From Minisyncoccota bacterium (GTDB lineage Bacteria; Patescibacteriota; Microgenomatia; UBA1400; PJMF01), in assembly GCA_018657765.1 (NCBI GenBank), contig JABHWM010000018.1, positions 91,541 to 155,540 of the forward strand: 64,000 nt of DNA. Reading direction: 5' to 3'. The notes below the pieces were generated by a model. The model searched no databases. It worked only from the letters and a program-made list of their open reading frames with translations, and was not told where the DNA came from. The translations under genes and the position numbers were made by a program. Positions 10,077-19,233 of this stretch are shown here, piece by piece; the stretch's first letter is position 1, and every line of letters begins with the position of its first letter.

Positions 10077-10703
10077 TTATGATCTGCTAGGCAACCGACA
10101 ACGATTGGCGAGATCTGATTCAAACTCATTCAAAGCTCTAATTAACTCTTCTTCATCTCTAGCTATTTTATAAACCAAATGTTCTTTTTCACCAATAAAA
10201 AAGTTTTCTCCAATTACTCTCATTACTTCATGCCAAAAATCTCCATATAAAATCATTGGCTTATGATTTCCATAATACAAATGACCCAGCAACCAAGCTG
10301 TAGCCCATTCACTAAGAGTACCTGTCCCACCTCGGACACAAATAAAAGCATCTGACTGATCCATAAGCCCAAACATTCTTTCTATATAGTTTGTAGCTTT
10401 TATTTCTTTATCTACGTGATTCTGATCATCTGCACCTTCAAACTCTGGCATATCTGTAGGATTAAGTGTGACCGCAACTGTCTCTCCTCCAACAGATTGA
10501 GCTCCCTGAGTAGCTGCTAGCATTGTTCCTGGACCACCACCATCTACCACAGTTTTACCCTGATAAGCTAAAAAACGAGCAATCTTAAAAGTTTCTTGAA
10601 AAAGTGGATGTTTCTCATCTACATCCGCACTACCAAAAACAGCAATTCTTTGGATAGTACAAGTTTTTTTTACCTCAGGAACAATAATATTAGTCTTTAT
10701 CAT
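10077..10703 (-). CDS. LOG-family nucleotide monophosphate nucleosidase
   Basis: AVFGSA, GGGPGTM, ER, GGTGTLSE motifs. Confidence 0.88.
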   Translation of the reverse strand: MIKTNIIVPEVKKTCTIQRIAVFGSADVDEKHPLFQETFKIARFLAYQGKTVVDGGGPGTMLAATQGAQSVGGETVAVTLNPTDMPEFEGADDQNHVDKEIKATNYIERMFGLMDQSDAFICVRGGTGTLSEWATAWLLGHLYYGNHKPMILYGDFWHEVMRVIGENFFIGEKEHLVYKIARDEEELIRALNEFESDLANRCRLPSRS

Positions 10704-10754
10704 AGAACTATACTAACAAATTTTGCTAACCTCACCTATTAGTAAAGTTAAAAA

Positions 10755-11432
10755 CTATATTTCAGCAAGTTTCTGATACTGCTCACAAAAATCTTCGGAT
10801 TTCCATAACAAACTACCAACAACCAGAGAAGTAACACCTAATAGATCAAGTTTTTCTGCATGCTCTTCTATTACTCCACCATCAAAAGTAATTTCCATGG
10901 TATCTGCCGATAAATCCTGATCATTTTTAACTAAATCTGCCTCTACAAATAATTTAATCTTTTCAAATACCTGTGGTATTAATTTCTGACCCTGGAACCC
11001 AGCTTCTATTCCCATAAACTGTAAAATGCTAATCTCACTCAAAATATCTTCATCTAGAGAATCTACTGGAGTATAAATATCTAGAGATAACCCCACCTTA
11101 TAACCCATCTTTTTTACATCTTCTACAAAATCTTTTTGATAAGTCATTTTTTCTATTTGAGCAATAATCGTTCTAATAGGTAAATTATTTTCCAAGTTTT
11201 CTATTTCTGAAATCATATCCATTGGCTCATCTACCATAAGATGTAAATCTATTTGCAAATCTCCAAAATCGACCTCCAACAAACTTTGTGGAGAAACAGT
11301 GATGTTATCTGCAAAAAATCCATCAATAATATCAATCTGTAAAATTTCTACAGAAGAGCAAGATTTTGCCAGATCTACTTGTTTTTGAATCTCTTCTATA
11401 GAATCGCTTAAAATAGCTGGATATATTTTCAT
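10755..11432 (-). CDS. rpe: Ribulose-phosphate 3-epimerase
   Basis: PAILS, QIDIIDG, DLHLMV, GFQGQ, DGGV, VVGS; adjacent to rpiB. Confidence 0.88.
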   Translation of the reverse strand: MKIYPAILSDSIEEIQKQVDLAKSCSSVEILQIDIIDGFFADNITVSPQSLLEVDFGDLQIDLHLMVDEPMDMISEIENLENNLPIRTIIAQIEKMTYQKDFVEDVKKMGYKVGLSLDIYTPVDSLDEDILSEISILQFMGIEAGFQGQKLIPQVFEKIKLFVEADLVKNDQDLSADTMEITFDGGVIEEHAEKLDLLGVTSLVVGSLLWKSEDFCEQYQKLAEI

Positions 11433-11465
11433 TTTTTCCTTGTGCCCTTTAGGGTATTTCTTAAA

Positions 11466-11921
11466 TTATTTTCTTTTTTCATAATCATGTATCTGGTTGA
11501 TACGACGTTGATGACGAGATTCTTTAGAAAAATCTGTCTCTAAAAACTCTACTACTACTTTTTTTGCTTTTTCTTCTGAAGATACAAAATCTGCACCTAC
11601 AACTAATATCTGAGCATCATTGTCTTTTCTAGCGTGAGCTGCTGATTCTTCATCTATAGCAGAAACTGCTCTGATACCAACTACTTTATTAGCTGCTATC
11701 GCTACTCCACCTCCAGAACGACATAATAAAATACCAAAAGAACCTTGATTGTTTTTTACTTTTTCTGCAACAGTAAAGCTTATTTCTGGATAATCATCCC
11801 CAGGATCCAAGAAAAGAGCTCCGCAGTCTTCAACTTCATAATCTAGTTTTTCCAAAAAAGGGATTAGGATATTCTTAAGAACAAAACCACCATGATCTGC
11901 ACCAATAAATATTTTTTTCAT
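11466..11921 (-). CDS. rpiB: Ribose-5-phosphate isomerase B
   Basis: GADHGG, DDYP, CRSGGGVAIAANK, RHQRR. Confidence 0.93.
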   Translation of the reverse strand: MKKIFIGADHGGFVLKNILIPFLEKLDYEVEDCGALFLDPGDDYPEISFTVAEKVKNNQGSFGILLCRSGGGVAIAANKVVGIRAVSAIDEESAAHARKDNDAQILVVGADFVSSEEKAKKVVVEFLETDFSKESRHQRRINQIHDYEKRK

Positions 11922-12016
11922 TAAAGCTCCTTAAATTGTTTTTTAAGTTTATCTTTATAAAGAATGTACCTTTTTTAGGATACTTTTCCCATAGTTATTT
12001 TAATATTCAAAAAAAT

Positions 12017-12334
12017 TTATAAACCTAACTCTAATCTAACTTCCTCTGACATCATATCTGGTAACCAAGGAGGATCAAAAGTTAGAACAATCTCTACATC
12101 TTGTTCTACATCATCCACAAGACCAAACATACTTTGTCTAACCATATCATCAATGACTGGAGCTAAAGGACAACCAGGAGTAGTTAATGTCATAGTTATT
12201 TTTACAGTAGTAGATGTTGGTAACTCTACTTTATAAATAAGACCCAAGCTAACAATATCTACCATCAGCTCTGGATCTATAACCTTAGACAAAGCTTGAT
12301 AAGCTTTTTTTTCTGTAATATCTATTTTACTCAT
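12017..12334 (-). CDS. DUF59/SufT-like Fe-S cluster assembly factor
   Basis: VIDPEL-x2-DIVSLGLIY, TLTTPGCP, FDPPW motifs. Confidence 0.92.
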   Translation of the reverse strand: MSKIDITEKKAYQALSKVIDPELMVDIVSLGLIYKVELPTSTTVKITMTLTTPGCPLAPVIDDMVRQSMFGLVDDVEQDVEIVLTFDPPWLPDMMSEEVRLELGL

Positions 12335-12439
12335 TATTAATCTTAATTTTTGTATTTCTAGATTTAGACTTCAAGAAACATATTATACCTGGAGATCTAT
12401 AAAAAGTTTGTTGGTCATCATACAAAATATATGCCCAAC

Positions 12440-12482
12440 AAAAAACCCTCCCTCGTCGAGATAAATCCCAACGAGGAAGGGC
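12440..12482 (-). terminator. Long-stem intrinsic terminator
   Basis: Minus strand CCCTTCCTCGTTGGGAT-TT-ATCTCGACGAGGGAGGG-TTTTTT, just after the 68-aa gene. Confidence 0.8.
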
Positions 12483-12509
12483 TCATTTACGTATTTAAAA
12501 CCGAGCTAA

Positions 12510-12716
12510 TTAAGCGCTCTTCTTCAAAACTGGCATTCCAGTTCTTTTGGTTTCCATTACTTCAAAACCTTCAGGAACGGCATCTAAAGAACCGTCTCTA
12601 ACATCACGAGCAAAGAAATAAATTCTTTGAACTCTACCATTTTTCAAGGTTACCTCACGTGTGTGAAGGTAATAGGTTTGACCCTTGGAATTTGTGTAAC
12701 CGTAGGCATCTGCCAT
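12510..12716 (-). CDS. Small hypothetical protein
   Basis: 68-aa ORF with AAGGA SD and its own terminator; globular-looking sequence (YTNSKGQTYYLH...YFF...RTGMPVLKK). Confidence 0.8.
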   Translation of the reverse strand: MADAYGYTNSKGQTYYLHTREVTLKNGRVQRIYFFARDVRDGSLDAVPEGFEVMETKRTGMPVLKKSA

Positions 12717-12812
12717 AGTGGTGTTCCTTTTTTCTGACCCGAGTACTCTCGAGGTCTTTACTACTTATTAAAGCCTAACATACTTGGCGTCTTAATCAAG
12801 ACGCAGTTCTAT

Positions 12813-13322
12813 TTATTCTTCTTCTCTGATCATCCCTTTTAGAAGAATTTCCTCTAGTTGATCATCACTTTCCATTTCTTTACTAACAATAACTTCGAAT
12901 GGAAGTGTGTCTGCATTTATAGCAGCAGATCCCATATATCCACCTTTACCATACTCCAAAATCATTGCTTTTCTTTTACCATCACTATCTACATCTTTAA
13001 GCCAAACTTGGTAATGACCTGCTGTTAATTCTGGTAAAACAGCTGAAACACTGAATAAAACTTTACCATCTTTAACTTCATATCGAATTTCTCCAAGATT
13101 TGTTTCTTCACCCTCTAAAGTCTCTGTTTTGTAATCTTTTGTACCTTTCAAAAAGCCGTTTGCTTCTTGAGGATCTAAGTTTTCAATTTCTACACCATCA
13201 CTTAGTAAAGAAGTAAGTCCTTCTCTCTGAGTACGTAGATTGTACCAACGGAATAAAAGAAAAAGTACAAATAAGAAAGCAATCGCAGGAAATATATATG
13301 GGTAAAGTTTTTTCATTTTCAT
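12813..13322 (-). CDS. Membrane-anchored hypothetical protein with extracytoplasmic beta domain
   Basis: N-terminal TM helix; LPELTAGHYQVWL resembles the anti-sigma-K (RskA) C-terminal domain pattern; GGAGG SD. Confidence 0.7.
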   Translation of the reverse strand: MKMKKLYPYIFPAIAFLFVLFLLFRWYNLRTQREGLTSLLSDGVEIENLDPQEANGFLKGTKDYKTETLEGEETNLGEIRYEVKDGKVLFSVSAVLPELTAGHYQVWLKDVDSDGKRKAMILEYGKGGYMGSAAINADTLPFEVIVSKEMESDDQLEEILLKGMIREEE

Positions 13323-13519
13323 AATGGCCCCTCCAAGGCATTAATGTTTGTTAATACTCAACGAACAAAAAACTTGTTAGCTGAGGGGGCAGTAGTTGTT
13401 TTAATGCATCACTGCACAAAACTAATGATTATGTATCACTTCTGTGTATTCTGAACTAGAAATAGAAAGAGTCAAGATCGTTTATTTTAGAATTATGGGA
13501 TAGATATAAATATAAAAAT

Positions 13520-13909
13520 TTAATATAACCTAGAAAAACCTATTATAGCTGGAGATTGAATGGCTATTAGAGCGTCTCTAAAAGATGACATTTTTTCATC
13601 AAAAATAGTCTCTGCTGCTTCTAGATTACATGGAGTTAAAACTTGAATTTCCTCAAGGACATATTCTTTTTTTTCTTTTAGACGTTGTGTGACTATTTTT
13701 GCTGAAATATCTTGACCAAATTCTGGAGCTTCATGAAAACTAGGACGACTTATTTGTTGGGATTCAAAATACTCTCCCACTATTTTAGTTATTCTCTCTT
13801 CAGCAGCTACTCTTTTAATCTCAAGCTTTCTCCTTTTAGAAATAGCTTCTTCTGGAATTGGTTTTAAAGTATCTAACATAATATTATTTATTATATCAAA
13901 ATAAATCAT
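13520..13909 (-). CDS. Hypothetical protein (start probably later, at MLDTLKP)
   Basis: Fills the intergenic gap; no motif. Confidence 0.55.
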   Translation of the reverse strand: MIYFDIINNIMLDTLKPIPEEAISKRRKLEIKRVAAEERITKIVGEYFESQQISRPSFHEAPEFGQDISAKIVTQRLKEKKEYVLEEIQVLTPCNLEAAETIFDEKMSSFRDALIAIQSPAIIGFSRLY

Positions 13910-13969
13910 TTAACACAAAAATCCTTCTAGTAGAAATATATCTTTCAAAAAATGTTAGTATTTTAATCA

Positions 13970-15613
13970 ATGATAAAAATCAACTCTTTAAATTTTAAAA
14001 ATTTAAAAAAAATTACTAAAAAAATAGATTTTACAAAAATAATGCTTGCGTTCATTATTCTAACCGGACTCTGGCTCCGCTTAAAGAACATCGATAATAT
14101 GGTTTGGGAGCAAAGTGGCTATGATGAACACAGAGATATGCTTGTGGCAGAACATATTTTAAATAATAAGGAACATGTCATCAGAGGACCTCTTGCAGCA
14201 GGAGGATTCAACTGGCTAAAAAACTCACCAATATATTTTTATCTTGTTACTGCTTTATGGTCTGTAACAAGAACACCTCCTCTATTTTTAAAACTTTGGG
14301 CTGTATTACTAGGATTAATGCCTCTGCTTGCCTATAAAATAAGTACTAGTCTGAAAAATAAAAAACTAGGTCTGATTACAGCTGCCTTATTTGCCTTCAA
14401 TGGAGAGTTAATTTATGAAAGCAGACAGCTTCTACAACCATTTTTACTACCAGTTTTTTCTCTTCTATTTGTCTGGATGTTAATTAAATTCAAAATTAAA
14501 AAACATTATTCATATCTATCTTGGGCTATTGCTTTTTTACTGTTACCTCTTCATTTTCATTATGGTATCTTTCTTACTTTACCGATAGGCCTCTTTTTAA
14601 TTATTTATTACTGGGCAGAATTAATATCTGAAGATTTTTCTTGGAAAAATGTGCTTTTACCTGGCTTTACTATGATTGTTTTTGGATTATTATGGATCTT
14701 TCTTACTTATAGAACTCATTTATTTGATCAATTTTTCTTTTTTGTTCTAAATTTTAGTGATCACAACAAAGATTTTTTAACACAAACAAATAATATTCTT
14801 CAAGCAACCATAACTATGATCTGGAGAGGACAAAACTCTAATAAAACTTTATTAATAACTATGTTTCTAACTTTCATAGCATTTATAAAAACAAAAAATA
14901 ATAAAAAAAATTGGTTCAAAACAAGCCCTGTCTTTTTATTATCACTATCTGTTTTGTTTATGACTATCTCTAATGGTTTTGTAGCAGATACTTATCTATT
15001 AGCTTTATTACCGTTCTTCTTGATAATACTTGCTATCGGCATATACGAATTATTTTCTATCAATCATTTACTTGGATTTTTATTTCTCTGTATAGTTTTA
15101 TTCCAGCAATATCTTTATTCACTAAAAGAAGTAACTTACTACATCCCAAAAGAATCTTTTTATGAACAAAACTTCAAAATATCACAAGTTATTTTCACAG
15201 ACTACTTTTCAAGTAACAAAGTAAATAAAGAACCAAACTTTGCTTTGGCTTTACTCACTACTAGTGGAACTTTGCCTTTTGATGGCTGGGGTACTAGTGG
15301 TTTTTGGTTTAATTTGGAAAAACTCACAAACAAAAAATTAGTAAAAAATACTGATTATGGAGTTAATAGCAAACCTCTAGTAAAAAATGCAGATATTATT
15401 TATCTTATTTGTGATCACCGTACAAAAAAGAAACTAGTAAAAACAGAGTGTCTAGATCGTTTTATTGATGCTAGAGACTACCTAGATCCCAATTATCAAA
15501 AAATATTTAGTTCTGATACTTATACAGTGTGGAAATTTAAAATAGATGGTGATAAAGAAAAACCAAGATCTAGCCACCTATATAATCATGTCTATAAAGA
15601 ACTAATGAATTAA
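13970..15613 (+). CDS. GT-C superfamily (ArnT/PMT-like) membrane glycosyltransferase
   Basis: TM helix ending LRL, then YDE-x-RD acidic loop, GP motif, about 11 TM segments. Confidence 0.8.
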   Translation: MIKINSLNFKNLKKITKKIDFTKIMLAFIILTGLWLRLKNIDNMVWEQSGYDEHRDMLVAEHILNNKEHVIRGPLAAGGFNWLKNSPIYFYLVTALWSVTRTPPLFLKLWAVLLGLMPLLAYKISTSLKNKKLGLITAALFAFNGELIYESRQLLQPFLLPVFSLLFVWMLIKFKIKKHYSYLSWAIAFLLLPLHFHYGIFLTLPIGLFLIIYYWAELISEDFSWKNVLLPGFTMIVFGLLWIFLTYRTHLFDQFFFFVLNFSDHNKDFLTQTNNILQATITMIWRGQNSNKTLLITMFLTFIAFIKTKNNKKNWFKTSPVFLLSLSVLFMTISNGFVADTYLLALLPFFLIILAIGIYELFSINHLLGFLFLCIVLFQQYLYSLKEVTYYIPKESFYEQNFKISQVIFTDYFSSNKVNKEPNFALALLTTSGTLPFDGWGTSGFWFNLEKLTNKKLVKNTDYGVNSKPLVKNADIIYLICDHRTKKKLVKTECLDRFIDARDYLDPNYQKIFSSDTYTVWKFKIDGDKEKPRSSHLYNHVYKELMN

Positions 15614-15627
15614 ATTATTTTTTAAAA

Positions 15628-16362
15628 CTAATCAAACTTCTCGTAATGAATAGCTTCTTGCTGTACACCTCTTTTTAGAAGAACTTTTTGAACATCGGCA
15701 ATCATTTGCTTCGCTCCACAAAGGTAAAAACCCGCATTTTCTGGAAGATCATGAATACCTACACAATCAGTTACATGACCCCTACATAAAGGCCATTCTT
15801 GTTGTGCCTTGGAAAGCACTGGGTGAAACTGAAATCGAGGAAAATCTTGAGCTAGTTCTTGAAATTCATCTTGCCAAATCATATCTTCTGCATGACGTAG
15901 ACCCCAATATAAAGTAATATTTCTAGTATCTTTAGTGGATGACTCTGAGTTATTTTGCAATAAATCCAAAATCATACTATGAAAAGGAGCAACTCCAGAC
16001 CCGGTAGCAATAAAAACTATGCTGTCTTCTTTTGGCTCATCTTGTAAAACAAAATTACCCAAAGGACCCAAAACTTTTACCTCTTGGCCAAATTCTAGAT
16101 TCTTAAAGAACTGAACCCCTAAACCATCTGGAGTAATATCTAGAGTAATCTTAAATCCATGTGCTAATTTTGGAGAACTAGAAATAGAATAAGAACGTCT
16201 TTCTTCTTTCTCAGAAACAATAAAAGAAACATATTGACCAGCTATAAACTCTATTTTATTGGGCTCAACAAGTTCAAAATGGAACTCAATAAATTTGTCA
16301 TTGAGAACCTCTTTCTCAGAAAGTTTTACTGTGTACATTTGTGGGGGGGGAAATTTTTGCAT
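15628..16362 (-). CDS. FAD/NAD(P)-binding ferredoxin-reductase-type oxidoreductase
   Basis: AGQY, RSYSISS, GPLGNF, IATGSGVAP, YLCG, YEKF. Confidence 0.92.
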   Translation of the reverse strand: MQKFPPPQMYTVKLSEKEVLNDKFIEFHFELVEPNKIEFIAGQYVSFIVSEKEERRSYSISSSPKLAHGFKITLDITPDGLGVQFFKNLEFGQEVKVLGPLGNFVLQDEPKEDSIVFIATGSGVAPFHSMILDLLQNNSESSTKDTRNITLYWGLRHAEDMIWQDEFQELAQDFPRFQFHPVLSKAQQEWPLCRGHVTDCVGIHDLPENAGFYLCGAKQMIADVQKVLLKRGVQQEAIHYEKFD

Positions 16363-16392
16363 AAATTAATTATTCTTATATTTGACTAACTA

Positions 16393-16980
16393 CTAAAAAA
16401 TCTTCTTTGCCTTGTCACCACCATACCAGATTCCCAGGGCAAGTTTAATAATACCGTGATACTCCTCTGTTCTATCTATAAAACCATCAGTAAGAATACC
16501 AATAAGTCCTTGTTCTTGTTTGATCTTATTCATGTCTTTCTCACCAATAATATGCGCTACAGCATGCCCCATCTCTATTTTTTGTCTAATTTTATTTGCG
16601 ACAGAGTTTGGAACCTGGAAACGAGCCCCTGCAGATAAGGCTAGGTTTCCCTTTTGATCAATTACAGCAGCCCAAACAGTAGACCACATTTCTTTTCCAA
16701 GATCCACTATTCCACCTTCCATACCAACACCCAAAATATAATCATTATTTTCTATATTTTCATCTGTTGAGTTTTTCTTATACTGAAAAAGACCTTTTTC
16801 CAAAGCAGCTTTGGCTCTATTGATAGCTCCTTGCTTTGTTTCTTCATCACTTTTGGGCTGATCTGATACACCACTTTCTACCTCAAAACCCCTAGCAACA
16901 ACATCAGGCCATGTTTCGATAGCTGCAGCGAGAACTGCATTTACTTTTACTGGATTTGCTGAACCGACAAATATTTTCAT
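16393..16980 (-). CDS. yjjX: Inosine/xanthosine triphosphatase (YjjX family)
   Basis: GSANPVKV, SGVSDQP, GAINRA, GMEGG, GLIGILT. Confidence 0.9.
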   Translation of the reverse strand: MKIFVGSANPVKVNAVLAAAIETWPDVVARGFEVESGVSDQPKSDEETKQGAINRAKAALEKGLFQYKKNSTDENIENNDYILGVGMEGGIVDLGKEMWSTVWAAVIDQKGNLALSAGARFQVPNSVANKIRQKIEMGHAVAHIIGEKDMNKIKQEQGLIGILTDGFIDRTEEYHGIIKLALGIWYGGDKAKKIF

Positions 16981-17002
16981 TAATTATATTTTCTGATTTA
17001 TG

Positions 17003-17030
17003 TCCCAACCCCTAACGGGGTTATCTCATA
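17003..17030. repeat. Short intergenic palindromic repeat, copy 1
   Basis: TCCCAACCCCTAACGGGGTTATCTCATA; near-identical copy at 48098-48127. Confidence 0.8.
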
Positions 17031-17417
17031 CTAATCTGACTTTTTATTTTCTTTAAATACTTTCTGTACTGCCTTCAGCCCCATCATAAAACATTTTTCT
17101 CTTCCTGCAGTAATTTCTTCCATCCCAAAAAAAGGTAGTAAATCCTCCTTACCCCAATTTTTAACTTCTGCCACTTTAGCCCCTTTTAATTTTACAGAAA
17201 GTAAACTCATACTAGTCTGACTAACAGAGCAACCATTACCCATCCACTTTACATTTTCTATAGATTTTTTATCTTCAGAAAGCTTGATACTAATAGTTAT
17301 TTCATCACCACAAGAAGCATTAGTCTCTTTATGATCAAAATCTGCACTAGTAATTTTTCCTTGGTTTTGAGGTTCACGAAATTCTGCAATCAAAGCAGCC
17401 TGATAAAAATCACTCAT
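17031..17417 (-). CDS. sufU: SufU/IscU-like sulfur-transfer or scaffold protein
   Basis: NASCGD, GCSVSQ, REKC; directly after sufS. Confidence 0.9.
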   Translation of the reverse strand: MSDFYQAALIAEFREPQNQGKITSADFDHKETNASCGDEITISIKLSEDKKSIENVKWMGNGCSVSQTSMSLLSVKLKGAKVAEVKNWGKEDLLPFFGMEEITAGREKCFMMGLKAVQKVFKENKKSD

Positions 17418-17419
17418 TT

Positions 17420-18682
17420 TTACTTTCCAAAAATCTTCAATACTCTATCAAATGCTCTGACCAAAGCATCAATATCTTCTTTGGTGTTATAAACATTAAA
17501 ACTTGCTCTAGTAGTAGCTTGCCATCCACAAGCAATATGCAAAGGCATAGTACAATGATGTCCAGATCTAACAGCTACCCCTTCGCTATCCAAAATCTGT
17601 GCCAGATCATGAGCGTGAACTTCATTGTGAATAAAAGATACTGAACCTAGTCTATTAGGTTGCCCTTGACCATCCTTTTCTGGTTTCAAGCCTACAACCA
17701 TCAAACCATCTACCTTAGAAAGTTTTTCATAAGCATATTTCACCAGTGAAAAATCATGCTCCATCACTTCCTTCATTCCCAAGTCACTAAGATATTCACA
17801 AGCAACTGCTAATCCTTTTGCAGAGGCAACATCTGGAGTTCCTGCTGTAAATAAATCTGATAAATCTTCCGCATAACTTGCATCTAGTTTATGAACTTGA
17901 TTGATCATCCCACCTCCAAATAACCAAGGTTTCATTTCTCCATCTTGGAGAAGAGATTTTTTAACCAATAATCCAGCTGCACCCATAGGAGCAAGCATTT
18001 TATGACCACCAAATGCCAAAAAATCTACCTTTAGACCATGAAAATCTACTGGCATATGAGGAGCAGATTGAGCAGCATCAAGTACGATACGAGCAGAAGG
18101 AGTATGTTTTTTTACAAAAGAAACTATCTCTGCAACAGGATTCACTGTTCCCAAAGTATTGGAAACATGAACAAAAGCCACAAGTTTTACTGGATTTTGT
18201 TTTAGAATATCTTCAAACTCTGCTAGATCCAAAGTAGATTTATCTTTCAAACCAACTACTTTGAGTACTGCCCCAGTTCTTTTACACAACTCCTGCCAAA
18301 CAACTAAATTTGCATGATGTTCCATCTCTGTACTAACAACTACATCACCTTTTTTTAGATTGTTATCTCCCCAGCCATAAGCAATTCCATTAATGGCTTC
18401 TGTTGTGTTTCTAGTCAAAATTAGTTCGTCACTTTCAGCACCAAAAAACTCAGCTACTGTTTTTCTACTGTCTTCAAAAACTTGGGTACTTCTATCAGAT
18501 AGAGTATGAACTCCTCGATGAACATTAGATGTATCATGAAGATAATAATTTGAGATAGCTTCTATAACTTGAGTTGGTTTTTGGGAGGTGGCTCCACTAT
18601 CTAGATATACTAGTCGTTTACTCCCATGAACTTTTTGAGAAAGAATAGGAAAATCTTTGAGAATAACTTTTGAATCTAGCAT
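17420..18682 (-). CDS. sufS: Cysteine desulfurase SufS
   Basis: YLDSGATSQKP, DAAQS, GHKML (PLP Lys), RSGHHC catalytic motif. Confidence 0.96.
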   Translation of the reverse strand: MLDSKVILKDFPILSQKVHGSKRLVYLDSGATSQKPTQVIEAISNYYLHDTSNVHRGVHTLSDRSTQVFEDSRKTVAEFFGAESDELILTRNTTEAINGIAYGWGDNNLKKGDVVVSTEMEHHANLVVWQELCKRTGAVLKVVGLKDKSTLDLAEFEDILKQNPVKLVAFVHVSNTLGTVNPVAEIVSFVKKHTPSARIVLDAAQSAPHMPVDFHGLKVDFLAFGGHKMLAPMGAAGLLVKKSLLQDGEMKPWLFGGGMINQVHKLDASYAEDLSDLFTAGTPDVASAKGLAVACEYLSDLGMKEVMEHDFSLVKYAYEKLSKVDGLMVVGLKPEKDGQGQPNRLGSVSFIHNEVHAHDLAQILDSEGVAVRSGHHCTMPLHIACGWQATTRASFNVYNTKEDIDALVRAFDRVLKIFGK

Positions 18683-18712
18683 AATAAAAAGTATTGTAAC
18701 AAATTAAATTAT

Positions 18713-19210
18713 TTATAAATTGAGAAATCCATCAACCACCATCTCTTCTGCCTTCTCTCTGCCAATACCTCTAGTCTCTAAATAAAATAAATGCTCTTCA
18801 GAAATACTACTAATACTAGCCGCATGAGAACACTGGACATCATCTGTCTTTATCTCTAGATCTGGAATAGCCTCTGCTTTAGCCTTATCTGACAAAAGTA
18901 AAACACGCTCTGTTAGAAAAGAACTAGAATCACCACAATTCTCATCGATAATTATTTTCCCTTTCAACTGTAAAAAAGAACTATCTCGTACTACTCCTTT
19001 TAGAACTGTCTCTGCCTTTGTGTGTGGAGCTTTATGATGAATTACTACATATATCTCTAACTTATTTTTTTCTTCAGCTTTAAAAACTCCAGTTATATCT
19101 ACAGAAGAACCTGCTCCAGTAAGCTCTATTAAATAACTACCTGACTTTGTCAGTTTTATTTTTTCATGCTGGTCTTTTTTTATAGTATAAATTTTCATTT
19201 TTTGCAACAA
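18713..19210 (-). CDS. sufD: Short SufD-family protein
   Basis: LLLSDKAKAEAIPDLEIKTDDVQCSHAAS, FYLETRGI, GF; located between sufB and sufS. Confidence 0.88.
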   Translation of the reverse strand: MLQKMKIYTIKKDQHEKIKLTKSGSYLIELTGAGSSVDITGVFKAEEKNKLEIYVVIHHKAPHTKAETVLKGVVRDSSFLQLKGKIIIDENCGDSSSFLTERVLLLSDKAKAEAIPDLEIKTDDVQCSHAASISSISEEHLFYLETRGIGREKAEEMVVDGFLNL

Positions 19211-19233
19211 TTTTATAAATTATTTTTTCTAAT

